A stretch of DNA of 64,000 bases, from positions 1 to 64,000 of IMG/VR virus record IMGVR_UViG_3300045922_000709; one strand, 5' to 3'. The stretch is from a virus. The position numbers and the translations under genes are program-made. Below the pieces are notes generated by a model. The model had not been told where the DNA came from, did not search any database, and worked only from the letters and a program-made list of their open reading frames with translations. Below are positions 16,007-26,465 of this stretch, in pieces (positions within the stretch are counted from its first letter, which is position 1; every line of letters begins with the position of its first letter).

Positions 16007-16864
16007 ATGGGTAAAACGATAAGATCTGAAGTAGTTCTTCATACAAAATATAAAGATTCTGGAATAGAAATATTTACTTTACATTTAACTTTTCCTACAA
16101 TCATTCTTGCTGAATTAAACGTACATTCTCTTTTGGCTAAATCTACCAGAAGCCTTAGAGCGGTGCCGTTTAAGCGTTTAGTTAAAGATGCTACTTTCAC
16201 ACCTTATGTATTTGGAGAAAACTGTGCAGGAATGTCACATAAACAAGAAATTAAAACAAAACGATTAAGTAAATTTTTATGGAATGCTGCTAAATATTCA
16301 AGTGTTTTCTGGGCCACTATACTTAATGAAATAAAAGTGCATAAACAAGTGGTTAATCGTATTTTAAGCCCTTACATGTGGTCTGAAACGGTTATAACAG
16401 GCACTAAGCTTGCATTTGAAAACTTTATTAGACTTAGGAACACAGAGTTTGCAGAACCTCATATTCGCATTTTAGCTCAAAAAATAAAAGAATGTTTGGA
16501 ACAAAATGTTATTCAATTGAGCGTTGAAGATAGAGATTGGCACATTCCTTACATATTAAAAAATGAACAAGATTTACGTTTAACCACTAAACTTAAAATA
16601 TCGGCAGCAAGATGTGCAAGAGTTTCTTATAAATCTTTTTTGACAAATGAACCATCTACAGTTGAAGAAGATTTAAGACTTTTTGAAAAACTTTATTCTA
16701 ACGAACATCTTTCTCCAATGGAACATCAAATATTAATAGGTAAAGAAATTAAAAAAATAAATAGAGTGTTTATGGCAGAAGGTATTTTTAGAAATAGTAA
16801 TATATTTTTAAAATTTGGTTCACTTAATTTCAGAAGCTATTTAAATGAAAATCGAGACGATTAA
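16007..16864 (+). CDS. thyX: FAD-dependent thymidylate synthase
   Basis: AELNVH..SLRAVP, HKQVVNRIL, FIRLR, SAARCARVSY, HLSPMEHQ. Confidence 0.85.
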   Translation: MGKTIRSEVVLHTKYKDSGIEIFTLHLTFPTIILAELNVHSLLAKSTRSLRAVPFKRLVKDATFTPYVFGENCAGMSHKQEIKTKRLSKFLWNAAKYSSVFWATILNEIKVHKQVVNRILSPYMWSETVITGTKLAFENFIRLRNTEFAEPHIRILAQKIKECLEQNVIQLSVEDRDWHIPYILKNEQDLRLTTKLKISAARCARVSYKSFLTNEPSTVEEDLRLFEKLYSNEHLSPMEHQILIGKEIKKINRVFMAEGIFRNSNIFLKFGSLNFRSYLNENRDD

Positions 16865-17120
16865 AAAAAGGTTAAAACCTTTTGATTTATTTCAAAATCC
16901 TTATTATCCTGACACTGTTTTTTGTTTTACTGAAACAGGTGAAATTTTAATAGATAATAAGTACACTTCTTGGGCATATTTTATTATTCCCGAACATCTT
17001 TTGAATGATTCCAAATGGACAAAAGTTAAAAAAAGTAAAAATAAAAAACAAGAAACAGAAGGCGTTGTGTTAAATTTGAAATTAGATTCTAGTTTTAATA
17101 AAATTACAAAGCCGATTTGA
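16845..17120 (+). CDS. Hypothetical protein
   Basis: ORF track. Confidence 0.6.
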   Translation: MKIETIKKRLKPFDLFQNPYYPDTVFCFTETGEILIDNKYTSWAYFIIPEHLLNDSKWTKVKKSKNKKQETEGVVLNLKLDSSFNKITKPI

Positions 17121-17123
17121 TTT

Positions 17124-17690
17124 ATGTTAAAGTTTTTGAAAGTTTCTAAAAACAAAATAATTGTATTTATATTATTGTTGTTGTTTTTGTTAATAACTCA
17201 ATGCAAAACAAAACAACCATTTATTTATAATAATCCTCCTGTTGTAATCGATAGTTCTTTTATAATTGATAGTTTAATTAAAATAGAAGGATATAGTAAT
17301 TTATTAAATATTAAATTATTTGATGAACACAATAGAAGGCTTTATCAAATTGATAGTTTAATAGAAGTGTATGAAGATAGTTTAATTAAAGTATCTATGT
17401 ATCAAAAAGAAGATGGTGTTCAAATAAAAACTGTTTATAAAGATAGATTAGTTTATATTAGAACATGTAATGCTGATTCTTTTATAGCTGTTATAAATAG
17501 ATTAGCTCGTGAAAGAAATGAAAATGGTGCAAAATTGGCTAAATTACAACAAGAATATAATACTCTTGAAGTTAAATTAAAACAAATAGATAAAAATAAT
17601 AAAAATAATATTTTTTGGTTGATAGGTATTATAATTGTTTTAGCTATTATAGCAGCTATTATAATGTTTGTATTTATGCTAAAACGATGA
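17124..17690 (+). CDS. Membrane protein, possible unimolecular spanin
   Basis: Signal-like N-terminus ending LLITQC, coiled coil, C-terminal TM followed by KR. Confidence 0.55.
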   Translation: MLKFLKVSKNKIIVFILLLLFLLITQCKTKQPFIYNNPPVVIDSSFIIDSLIKIEGYSNLLNIKLFDEHNRRLYQIDSLIEVYEDSLIKVSMYQKEDGVQIKTVYKDRLVYIRTCNADSFIAVINRLARERNENGAKLAKLQQEYNTLEVKLKQIDKNNKNNIFWLIGIIIVLAIIAAIIMFVFMLKR

Positions 17691-19564
17691 ATAGTTTTTG
17701 GGCTTTTGATATTGAAGTTTATCGCAATTTTTTATCTTTTACTGCTGTTAATGCAAAAAATTCAAAAGATGTTTTTCAAATATATAGTTTTGGAAATAAA
17801 GTAAATATTGATTTTTTAAAAGAGCTTCACAATTTTATAACAAATAAAATAGATTATTTGGTTGGCTATAATAATATCAAATACGATGATATTATTGTAA
17901 CAGAGCTTATAACCAAGTATTTGAAAAAAGAAGAAGTGTATCATAATGATATATTTTTATTAGGTCAGTCTGTTATAGAAAATGAAGAAGAAAATCATTC
18001 AGTAAAAACTCAATCAAAATATTATAAAAGAATAGATTTAATGAGAATGCTAAGATTAGATAAATTAAAAATTAGTCTAAAACATTGTGGTGTTGTTTTG
18101 TTTTATAATAATATTCAAGATTTACCTATAAAATTTTACGAAACAATAAAAGAAGATCAAATTGATATTTTACTTAAATATAATCTTAATGACGTTTATC
18201 TAACTATAAAAGTATTAAAATACGCAAAAGATCAATTAAAATTTAGATTTGATTTATCTAATTTATATAATTCAGATTTTTTAAACGATCCAGAAACTAA
18301 AATTGCCGATAAAGTTTTAACATCTTTTTATCTTGAAAAATCGGCTATTGTAGAATATGAATTAAAACAATTAAAAACAGATAGAAATATTATATATTTC
18401 AATGATATCATAGACCCTAATATTACATTTACATCTAAAAAAGGTAATGATTTTTTAAATAAACTTAAAAATATTATTTGGCGAAAAGACATAGGTTTTG
18501 AAAAATATATAGATGGTAAATTTACAGAACAATTAAATATAGGAAATAAATTCTATAGTATTGGAATAGGCGGACTACACAGCATCGATAAAACCATATT
18601 TTATGAATCAAATAATAAATATAAACTTATCGATGCTGATGTAGCATCTTTTTATCCAAAAATAATTATAAATTTAAATATTTGCCCTGAACATTTAGAA
18701 AAATCTATATTTTTAGATATCTATAAAGAGGTTTTTGAAAAAAGAATTTTATTTAAAAAAGAAGGAAATGTTACAAAAGCACAAGTTTTAAAATTAATTT
18801 TAAACTTAATTTTTGGAAAATTTAATGATAAATACAGTTGGTTGCATGATTTACAATGTACTTTTCAAGTCACTGTAAATGGTCAATTGTATCTTTTATC
18901 TTTAATAGATGAGTTAGAAAGTAATAACATAGAAATTTTTAGTGCAAATACAGATGGAATTACTTGTAAAGTTCCACCAAACAAAGAAGAATTATATAAA
19001 GAAATTTGTTCAAAATGGGAAAAGAAATATAATTTTTCTTTAGAATATGTAAATTATAAAAAAATATATATGCGAGATGTAAATAATTATTGTGCTATAA
19101 CAGATTCAGGTAAAGTTAAAACAAAAGGAGATTTTGTAGAAATTCCTGAAATTCAAAAACAACTTGACGCTCCTATTATTAAAAGAGCGTTAGTAAATTA
19201 TTTAATTTATGATAAACCTATTTCAGAAACAATAAATGAATCTTCTTCTATTTATGATTTTTTATATTCTATTAAATCAGATTCTAAATTTGAAATGGTA
19301 GAATTAATTAAAAATGAAAAAGATTATGTAGAAAATGTTCTACAAAAAACAAATAGATTTTTTGTTTGTAATGATTCGAGATCTATTTTTAAAAGAAATA
19401 AAAACACAAAAGAAATTATAAGGCTTTTCGTGGGTAAAAACCTAAAAGTTGCAAATAAAATTGTTGATCCTGTAAAGGAAATCGAAAATGTAGATAAAGT
19501 TTATTATATTTCTCAAGCTGTAAAATTAGCTAATGAAATTAAACAATTTAATAATTTATTTTAA
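17687..19564 (+). CDS. DNA polymerase, family B (start moved to ATG 17687)
   Basis: FDIE ExoI, GYNNxxYD ExoII, YNxND ExoIII, DADVASFYP, KLILNxxFGK, NTDG; ATGA overlap. Confidence 0.92.
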   Translation: MNSFWAFDIEVYRNFLSFTAVNAKNSKDVFQIYSFGNKVNIDFLKELHNFITNKIDYLVGYNNIKYDDIIVTELITKYLKKEEVYHNDIFLLGQSVIENEEENHSVKTQSKYYKRIDLMRMLRLDKLKISLKHCGVVLFYNNIQDLPIKFYETIKEDQIDILLKYNLNDVYLTIKVLKYAKDQLKFRFDLSNLYNSDFLNDPETKIADKVLTSFYLEKSAIVEYELKQLKTDRNIIYFNDIIDPNITFTSKKGNDFLNKLKNIIWRKDIGFEKYIDGKFTEQLNIGNKFYSIGIGGLHSIDKTIFYESNNKYKLIDADVASFYPKIIINLNICPEHLEKSIFLDIYKEVFEKRILFKKEGNVTKAQVLKLILNLIFGKFNDKYSWLHDLQCTFQVTVNGQLYLLSLIDELESNNIEIFSANTDGITCKVPPNKEELYKEICSKWEKKYNFSLEYVNYKKIYMRDVNNYCAITDSGKVKTKGDFVEIPEIQKQLDAPIIKRALVNYLIYDKPISETINESSSIYDFLYSIKSDSKFEMVELIKNEKDYVENVLQKTNRFFVCNDSRSIFKRNKNTKEIIRLFVGKNLKVANKIVDPVKEIENVDKVYYISQAVKLANEIKQFNNLF

Positions 19565-19567
19565 TTT

Positions 19568-19741
19568 ATGAAATCTTATATAAATATATCTGATTTTGAA
19601 GATTTTGATGATGATTTTTTAGAAAAACATAAACAAAAAATAGAAATTTTGTTAAAAAAAGCAAACGAAAATATAGCAGAATATATTGTTGAAATTTTCA
19701 ATATTATAAATTCTGAAATTAACAATTATGAAAATGATTAA
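19568..19741 (+). CDS. Small acidic hypothetical protein, 57 aa, absent from ORF track
   Basis: MKSYINISDFEDFDDDF...NYEND*; fills the gap. Confidence 0.6.
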   Translation: MKSYINISDFEDFDDDFLEKHKQKIEILLKKANENIAEYIVEIFNIINSEINNYEND

Positions 19742-19753
19742 TTTATTTTATTT

Positions 19754-20023
19754 ATGTTAGTTTATTATTTTGAGTCTGATCCATTAGATATACTTTATTA
19801 TTTAAAAGATAAAGAATGTATTACAGAAGATGAATTTGAAAATTTAATATACGATGAAAAAACAATAGATATGATTCAAGATAAAACAAGAGAGTTATAT
19901 CAAAATATAGATAATTTTATGGGAAATAAAATAACAAATTCAGAAAACGAGCTTTTGGAAAAAATTAAGAAAAGATACAAAGAAATTGTAGCTGAAAATT
20001 TTAATCAATTTAATTATGAATAA
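19754..20023 (+). CDS. Small acidic hypothetical protein
   Basis: ORF track. Confidence 0.7.
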   Translation: MLVYYFESDPLDILYYLKDKECITEDEFENLIYDEKTIDMIQDKTRELYQNIDNFMGNKITNSENELLEKIKKRYKEIVAENFNQFNYE

Positions 20024-20462
20024 TTTGAATATTATTGTAGCTCCTTATTCAAAACTTCTTTCAAAAGAAGATTTTAAAAACTTGTATTTACCTAAAAAAG
20101 CAAATGATTCTGATGTAGCTTATGATTGTTTTGCAAGAGAAATTAAAATAACTTCAGAATTTGTAGAATATTTTTTAGGTTTTAAAATTCAAGTTCCTGA
20201 AAAATATGGTGCATTTTTGGCCGCTAGATCTTCTTGCAGTAAACATAATTTAACTTTAGCAAATGGTATAGGTATAATAGATCCATATTATAAAGACGAG
20301 GTTAGAGCAAGATTTTATTATAATGAAAAAAGTAAATTTTATAATATTGGCGATAGAGTTGCTCAAATTTTTATTTTACCGATACCTGAAATTAACTTTA
20401 TTTTTAAATCAGAATTAAACGATAATTGTTTTAGAGGTGGTTTTGGATCAACAGGAAATTAA
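20016..20462 (+). CDS. dut: Trimeric dUTPase
   Basis: AYD, ARSS, GIIDPYY, RVAQ, RGGFGSTG motifs. Confidence 0.93.
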   Translation: MNNLNIIVAPYSKLLSKEDFKNLYLPKKANDSDVAYDCFAREIKITSEFVEYFLGFKIQVPEKYGAFLAARSSCSKHNLTLANGIGIIDPYYKDEVRARFYYNEKSKFYNIGDRVAQIFILPIPEINFIFKSELNDNCFRGGFGSTGN

Positions 20463-20463
20463 A

Positions 20464-21198
20464 ATGGAAAAATCAATAGAATTAGAAGCAGAAGAAGTAG
20501 AAGTGACTTCTGAAACTATTAAAGCAGTTGAAAAATTAGAAGAAAATAAAATAGAATCAATTGGCAAAACAGAAGATAAATTTTCTTCTCAATTTAATTT
20601 ACTTAAAAAGTCTGGTGCATTACCCTCAACTTGGAAAAATGAAGGTTATGCGAGACTTTGTCTTCAGGCTAAAGAAGACTATAATTTAGATATTGTAGAC
20701 ACATTAAAAAGTGTTTATGTTATTAATGGTGCCATTGGTTTTTCAGCAGCTTTAATGCTTAAATTAGCAATTAGAGATGGTCATTTTGTAAAAATTGTAA
20801 GAGCTGGTGTACCGTTATATAAAACAGACGATCCATCAGAATTTTATTTAAAAGGTGAACCGTTAAAAACAACAAAAGCCGATGGCACTATATCTAATGT
20901 ACAAGATGTGTTTAAAATTGGAGACAAAGTTTATGCAAATAAAATTGCTACAGTTGCTATAATTAATAGAGAAATTCTTAAAATTTTAAAAGAATTTAAA
21001 GAGCCTTTATCTTATAGTTATTTTCATTTTACTTTAGCAGATGCTGTTAGCGCCGATTTATATCCCGCTAAAAGCCCTCTTTCACCTTGGAATAAATACA
21101 CGTCTCAAATGCTTGTTAATAGAGCTTTAGCTGCAGCTATTCGACAAGGTTGCGGATATGGTAATTTTTACACTAATGAAGAATTAAGTTCACTTTAA
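20464..21198 (+). CDS. RecT/Redbeta-like ssDNA-annealing protein (start moved to ATG 20464)
   Basis: SVYVING; PWNKYxxQMLxxRALxxAIR. Confidence 0.75.
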   Translation: MEKSIELEAEEVEVTSETIKAVEKLEENKIESIGKTEDKFSSQFNLLKKSGALPSTWKNEGYARLCLQAKEDYNLDIVDTLKSVYVINGAIGFSAALMLKLAIRDGHFVKIVRAGVPLYKTDDPSEFYLKGEPLKTTKADGTISNVQDVFKIGDKVYANKIATVAIINREILKILKEFKEPLSYSYFHFTLADAVSADLYPAKSPLSPWNKYTSQMLVNRALAAAIRQGCGYGNFYTNEELSSL

Positions 21199-21203
21199 TA
21201 TTT

Positions 21204-21431
21204 ATGAAATTTATCAAAGTAAAAGCCTTATTTAAACTTAATGAAGAAGTCGGATACACCGATTTATTAATTAACAAAGAACTTATAGAAAGAGTTGAAA
21301 AAATGGTTGTAGATGAAGGAGATGTTAAAAAAGAAGAAAACTGTTTAGTTTTTTTAGCAAATAAAAACTATCCGATTATTGTAAATCAATCTTTTGATTC
21401 TTTTGTTGAAAATCTTTTTATATTTGTTTAA
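21204..21431 (+). CDS. Small hypothetical protein (FlbD-like beta pattern)
   Basis: LINKELIERVE...VNQSFD. Confidence 0.6.
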   Translation: MKFIKVKALFKLNEEVGYTDLLINKELIERVEKMVVDEGDVKKEENCLVFLANKNYPIIVNQSFDSFVENLFIFV

Positions 21432-21454
21432 CCCTTAATTTTAAAATTAAATTT

Positions 21455-21937
21455 ATGATTAACTTTGTTCGTGGCTTTTCTGAAAATCAAAAAGCTAAAA
21501 CTGAAAAATTAGACAAAACCGCTTTGATCATTCACATTGGTCATGAAAAACCTCAATTTGACAGAGCTAATTTAGCTCAATTTAAAGGTTCTATTTTTAA
21601 AAAATGCGAAAGTGTTGGTATTTCTTTTGATGAAACTTGCGGATTTCTTTCAATTGCAAAAAATCCGGAAAGTACTTTTGTAATTAGAGGAGATGGTTAT
21701 TTTTATAATTATAAAGTGGGTAAAGAAAAATATATTTTTAATGAAATTTTAAAACATGCTCCAAAAGAATTTATAAAAAATATAAAAAACAATAGAATTG
21801 TAGCTAATGTTTTTGAGTCAACAGATTCATATATGATTTTTAAACTATGGGATATTTCTAAAAATGATATTAATAAAGAAATAATTAAAAAACACGAAGT
21901 ATTACCTGAAATTTCTTACGGATGTTCAACTTTATAA
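21455..21937 (+). CDS. Hypothetical protein
   Basis: ORF track. Confidence 0.7.
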   Translation: MINFVRGFSENQKAKTEKLDKTALIIHIGHEKPQFDRANLAQFKGSIFKKCESVGISFDETCGFLSIAKNPESTFVIRGDGYFYNYKVGKEKYIFNEILKHAPKEFIKNIKNNRIVANVFESTDSYMIFKLWDISKNDINKEIIKKHEVLPEISYGCSTL

Positions 21938-22005
21938 ATCAAAATTTTATTATTACAAAACAAATCTATTTATTTAAATTTAAATCAATTTAAGTTTCAA
22001 TTATT

Positions 22006-22701
22006 ATGTTTGACAAACTTTCTTTTAGTTCTGAAGACTTTGTAGGTAAAAGTCGATTTGAAAATGGTGTTCACAAAGATGTGACATTTAATATTCGTTA
22101 TTCTTCAAAAGACATTAAAGGTCAAAATCCCAGAAATGTACCTGTTTTTGAATTGGAATTTTCAAAAGTTGTAAAAAATGAAGATGGTTCAGAAACAATT
22201 TTTCAGCATATTCAACAAGAAGCTGTTTTTACAACTAAATCTTTTGAATTTTTAACAACCGTTATTCTTAAAAATATTGTTGGTTTTGGGCTTGGTGGCA
22301 CCCCTAAAAACAAAGAGATTATTTTGAATACTTTTGCTCGCTCAAAAGAAGTTCAAGAAATTGAAAATATACAAATTACAGAACAACAAGAAAATGAAGG
22401 ATTAACAGTGCTTCATTTACAAGTTCAACGCATGGCAGAACTTATCGGAGAGCTTATTAAAGATAAAATGCAACCGATTCAAATTAAAATTGGAAATAGA
22501 ACAAACGATAAAGGTTATTCTAGCAGTGGTGTTTATTTTCAATTAAACGGATACACTGGAAATAATACAATGAAGCTAAATTATAATCCTGTTACAGAAG
22601 CTTATGTTGCTAAAGAAAAACCTGTTGTTGTTCAACATGTTATTGAACCGGTTCAAGAACTTGATGTAGATGATTTACCTACTGAAGAAACACCTTTTTA
22701 A
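22006..22701 (+). CDS. Putative single-stranded DNA-binding protein
   Basis: Acidic tail ending DVDDLPTEETPF; lies directly before primase. Confidence 0.65.
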   Translation: MFDKLSFSSEDFVGKSRFENGVHKDVTFNIRYSSKDIKGQNPRNVPVFELEFSKVVKNEDGSETIFQHIQQEAVFTTKSFEFLTTVILKNIVGFGLGGTPKNKEIILNTFARSKEVQEIENIQITEQQENEGLTVLHLQVQRMAELIGELIKDKMQPIQIKIGNRTNDKGYSSSGVYFQLNGYTGNNTMKLNYNPVTEAYVAKEKPVVVQHVIEPVQELDVDDLPTEETPF

Positions 22702-22711
22702 TTAAAATCAC

Positions 22712-23728
22712 TTGAAATTAAAACATTTTTGTTTTAATTATTGTGATTTAATTGAATATCTGCCTGATGGAGAATTATCAATTGCTAATCTTTTCGATAT
22801 TGAAATTAAATTAGGATTGACTAATTCTCCATTCAGAGTAGATAAAAATCCTTCTTTTTATACATATTTAAATAAAAACAATGTTTTAAGATTTTTAGAT
22901 TATGGTACAAATGTTTGCAATGGATTAGTTTTTCATATAGCTAAATTAAAAAACATAAAAGTTTATGATGTTTTAAAAGCAGTGTCAGAAGCTTATCACG
23001 TTGATATATTTACAGATTTTTCATTTATTGAAATTTCAAAAGTGAATAATGTAAAATTTGAAAAAGCAAACACAAAAATTAAAATTTCAAATACAAATAA
23101 AAAAAATACAAATATTAATTTTTTGTTTAAAAAAGATTTTTCAGAAAAAGATTTATTGTTTTGGTCTAAATATAACATAGATAAAAAAACATTAAATAAA
23201 TTTAATGTAAAACCTTTGGAATTTATAATATATGATGAAAATCCTGTATATGTTGGTCAAAATTTAAGTTTTTACTATGGTTTAAATAATAAATCATGGA
23301 AAGTTTACCAGCCTTATTCTTATCGAAAATGGCTATCTCATGTAACTGAAAATGTAATTGAAGGATTTGATCAATTAAATTACAATAAAAAAGATTATTT
23401 AATTTTAACGAAAAGTTATAAAGATGTAATGAGCTTACATACAATTAAAGTTTCTGCTGTGGCGTTGCATTCAGAAGTTTACAACCCTCCTGAAAATCAT
23501 CTCATATTTGATGTTTTGAAACGTTTTAAGAAGGTTTATGTGTTATACGACAATGATACCACAGGTAAAGAAAGATCGCTTTACTGGGCCTCTAAAGGCT
23601 TAATTCCTATTTTTATGAAATCTGCAAAAGACTTTTCAGATGTATCTTCTCTTAAAGGTATTAAATTTGCAGCAAAAGAACTAAAATCAATTTTAAACTC
23701 AATTCCTAGTTATGAAAATCAAGTATAG
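22712..23728 (+). CDS. DnaG-type TOPRIM primase
   Basis: SPFRxDKNPSF, TKSYKDVM, YDNDxxG, KDFSD; TTG start. Confidence 0.85.
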   Translation: MKLKHFCFNYCDLIEYLPDGELSIANLFDIEIKLGLTNSPFRVDKNPSFYTYLNKNNVLRFLDYGTNVCNGLVFHIAKLKNIKVYDVLKAVSEAYHVDIFTDFSFIEISKVNNVKFEKANTKIKISNTNKKNTNINFLFKKDFSEKDLLFWSKYNIDKKTLNKFNVKPLEFIIYDENPVYVGQNLSFYYGLNNKSWKVYQPYSYRKWLSHVTENVIEGFDQLNYNKKDYLILTKSYKDVMSLHTIKVSAVALHSEVYNPPENHLIFDVLKRFKKVYVLYDNDTTGKERSLYWASKGLIPIFMKSAKDFSDVSSLKGIKFAAKELKSILNSIPSYENQV

Positions 23729-24014
23729 TTTCAAAAATAAAAAAAATAATTTTAATTATGATTTAATTAAAACTATGTATGATAATTTTTATACAACTAT
23801 AACTTCCGAAATGGAAAAATTAAACGAAAAAAAATCTGAAACAATAAAAGATTCAAAAAATACAGACGATTCAAAATGTCCAAAATGTTCAAAATGTTCA
23901 GCTGATAAAAAATCAAAAGACACAGATGATCTTTCAGACATTGAGATTTTAGACACAATAATATCAGATCTTATGGATTTACTCAATGAAATATCAACTA
24001 ATAAAAAGCATTGA
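23712..24014 (+). CDS. Hypothetical protein with short CxxCxxC repeat
   Basis: SKCPKCSKCS encoded by a 9-bp tandem repeat. Confidence 0.55.
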   Translation: MKIKYSFKNKKNNFNYDLIKTMYDNFYTTITSEMEKLNEKKSETIKDSKNTDDSKCPKCSKCSADKKSKDTDDLSDIEILDTIISDLMDLLNEISTNKKH

Positions 24015-24513
24015 ATTTCCAGCGTTTCCTGTATTTATAAAACTTTCTGAATATAAAAAATCCAAAAAAGGAAAAATAAATATACCAAGATATATAAAAA
24101 TAAACGGTCAAAATGTATATAATAGAACATATAATGTATATAATCAAGCAAAGATTATAAAACACATGAGCGACTATATGACTTATTATATAAAAAAATT
24201 AAAAATTGAACCTGTGGAGCAAAATCAATACCCTATTTCAATAGAATATGAGATTCATACATCTAAATATCATGGTGGATATTATGAATCAAATGGTCAA
24301 TTTAAGCTTAAAAAAGTGTTAAATTGGGACATAGGTAATTTTTGGTTATGGAATAAAGTTGGAGATGATGCTTTAACTAAAAATAAAATAATAATCGATG
24401 ATTCAATTGAATATGTTGTATCTACAGGAAAATTAACTTTTGTAGAATGTGAAAATTATAACGATAGGAAATTATTAATTAACATTTTTAAAGCAAGTGC
24501 TAGATCAATTTAA
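23986..24513 (+). CDS. RusA-like Holliday junction resolvase
   Basis: WDIGN...KxxxDALxxxxxIxDD. Confidence 0.7.
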   Translation: MKYQLIKSIEFPAFPVFIKLSEYKKSKKGKINIPRYIKINGQNVYNRTYNVYNQAKIIKHMSDYMTYYIKKLKIEPVEQNQYPISIEYEIHTSKYHGGYYESNGQFKLKKVLNWDIGNFWLWNKVGDDALTKNKIIIDDSIEYVVSTGKLTFVECENYNDRKLLINIFKASARSI

Positions 24514-25489
24514 GATGTTAGATGAAGAATCTAACGAAAACAGAGAAATCTGTAGTTTAATTTTAGAAACAGATGAAGATTATTTTAATTATCCTGCTTT
24601 AAATGCTAGTTTAATTAAAAAAATTACAACATCAGGATTTTATAATGCTTTAGAAGGAGAAATTGATGAAGGTAATAAAGAGTCTTTTAAATTAGGTTCA
24701 GCAATCCACAATGGTATTTTAGTACCTGATACTTTTTCTAAAAACTACACGACTATATTTGGGCCTATTCCAAATTCTGAACAAAAAAAAACATTTTGCG
24801 AATTAGTTGCTAAAGAAGGAGCCGAAGATCTTTTGTCTATATATAACAGATCTTATAATAACAAAAAAAAAGAAGATGAAAAATTTAAAGAAGCAGTGGA
24901 TCTATACACAGAATACAATCCTTATATTTCTGCTTTAGCATCTGGTAAAACAATTATAAATAAAGAAGATGTAGATTTAATCGATAAATTAAAAAGCAGA
25001 TGGAATGCACATGAATCTATTAAAGAGCTAAATAAATTTAGAAATTATAGCGAATTAGGATTTGTTTTCTTTTTATATAATTGTGAATGTAAAATTAAAA
25101 TCGATAGATGTTCAATAGATGATGAAAATAAAATAGTTTATCTTTTAGATTTAAAAACTACATCAAACGCTGAAAAATTTAAAAATGATTTTTTTACATA
25201 TAAATATGATATCCAAATGGCGTTTTATGAAAAAGGTATAATGTCAGAAGAAGGTAAACAAGTGTTTAATATAACAGATGAATACACAGTTGTTAAAGTT
25301 ATTGTGGCTGTTCAAAAAACTAAACCTTTTCTTTTAATTTGGTACGGTATTAATTTTGGAACAGAGACCCAAGAAAGATTAGATGAAATTATTCGTGATT
25401 GCTGTTTTAAATTTAATGAATGGAATTTTAAGAACGAAAAAGAAAAACAAAAAGACCTATTAAACCAATGTTCGACCATAACTTTTTAA
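24497..25489 (+). CDS. PD-(D/E)xK exonuclease (RecE/ExoVIII, DUF3799-like)
   Basis: LNASxIK, GSAIH, KIKID, DLKTT, YxYDIQMAFY. Confidence 0.85.
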   Translation: MLDQFKMLDEESNENREICSLILETDEDYFNYPALNASLIKKITTSGFYNALEGEIDEGNKESFKLGSAIHNGILVPDTFSKNYTTIFGPIPNSEQKKTFCELVAKEGAEDLLSIYNRSYNNKKKEDEKFKEAVDLYTEYNPYISALASGKTIINKEDVDLIDKLKSRWNAHESIKELNKFRNYSELGFVFFLYNCECKIKIDRCSIDDENKIVYLLDLKTTSNAEKFKNDFFTYKYDIQMAFYEKGIMSEEGKQVFNITDEYTVVKVIVAVQKTKPFLLIWYGINFGTETQERLDEIIRDCCFKFNEWNFKNEKEKQKDLLNQCSTITF

Positions 25490-25899
25490 TTTTGTATTTA
25501 ATTTTACCGTCTTTAATTCAACACAAATATGTTCAATATAAAAATTGTAAATTTAAAATAAATAAAGACAAATCTGAAATAAAATGTTATGAAGACGGCA
25601 ATTTGAAAACTACAATTGTAGTAGAAGACGCATTTGTAAAAAGTGTAATAGATAATATTTTAAATGGTATTTGCGCTAAATTACCAGAAGATATTAAAAA
25701 AATTATATTATCAAATGTATTATTACAACACAGGAATAAAGTAAAAAGAGTTTTATATCCTTCAGATGAAGATTTAACTTTTTTAGCAGAAAGTTTATCT
25801 GGTTCTGACGACATCGATTCAAAAATGTTAAAAATTATATTTGAAACAGGCGAATTAGTGCCTATTCCTAACCCTGAATTATTATATTTTAATGAATGA
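25468..25899 (+). CDS. Hypothetical protein
   Basis: ORF track. Confidence 0.65.
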   Translation: MFDHNFLILYLILPSLIQHKYVQYKNCKFKINKDKSEIKCYEDGNLKTTIVVEDAFVKSVIDNILNGICAKLPEDIKKIILSNVLLQHRNKVKRVLYPSDEDLTFLAESLSGSDDIDSKMLKIIFETGELVPIPNPELLYFNE

Positions 25900-26224
25900 T
25901 ATTGGTACTTTTAATTTATTTACGAATATAAAAGGTGTTTATAATCAAGAAGCCACTGATGCAGGTTTTCACAATAACATTGCATCTAAATTATATATAG
26001 AATTAAATGAAGATAATTTATTAAATTGGAAAAATGTATCTGATGAAAATATACAAAAAAATTACATGAGTATGTTTGAAGGTATTGCTTTCATAGTATT
26101 GTGTAGCGATACTTTTACATTTAATGATGTTAATACTTATAGATTTGAAAAAGATAATTTAAGCAATATTTATTGTTTTTTTAATCAAAAGTTAACTTAC
26201 GTTTATTTATCCTCTTTCCGATGA
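25892..26224 (+). CDS. Hypothetical protein
   Basis: ORF track; overlapping neighbours. Confidence 0.65.
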   Translation: MNDIGTFNLFTNIKGVYNQEATDAGFHNNIASKLYIELNEDNLLNWKNVSDENIQKNYMSMFEGIAFIVLCSDTFTFNDVNTYRFEKDNLSNIYCFFNQKLTYVYLSSFR

Positions 26225-26454
26225 TTATTTTTAATTTTCCCCAATGTTTCGAGTATGCAGGTGCAAGTGTAAATGAAAAAACCTGCAATTATTATTATGC
26301 TCACAAAAATAAAAATGTGAGTTTTGCTGTACAAATACCAATTGGTTTTGATTTTACAAAAAACACAACTTATTTAGTTAGAGAATCTGATGAAATTAAA
26401 GCTGAAACTTCATTAACTGAATTTTTCTCTAAATATGACACTGACGAAGAATAA
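26221..26454 (+). CDS. Hypothetical protein
   Basis: ORF track; ATGA overlap. Confidence 0.65.
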   Translation: MIIFNFPQCFEYAGASVNEKTCNYYYAHKNKNVSFAVQIPIGFDFTKNTTYLVRESDEIKAETSLTEFFSKYDTDEE

Positions 26455-26465
26455 AAATAAAATCA

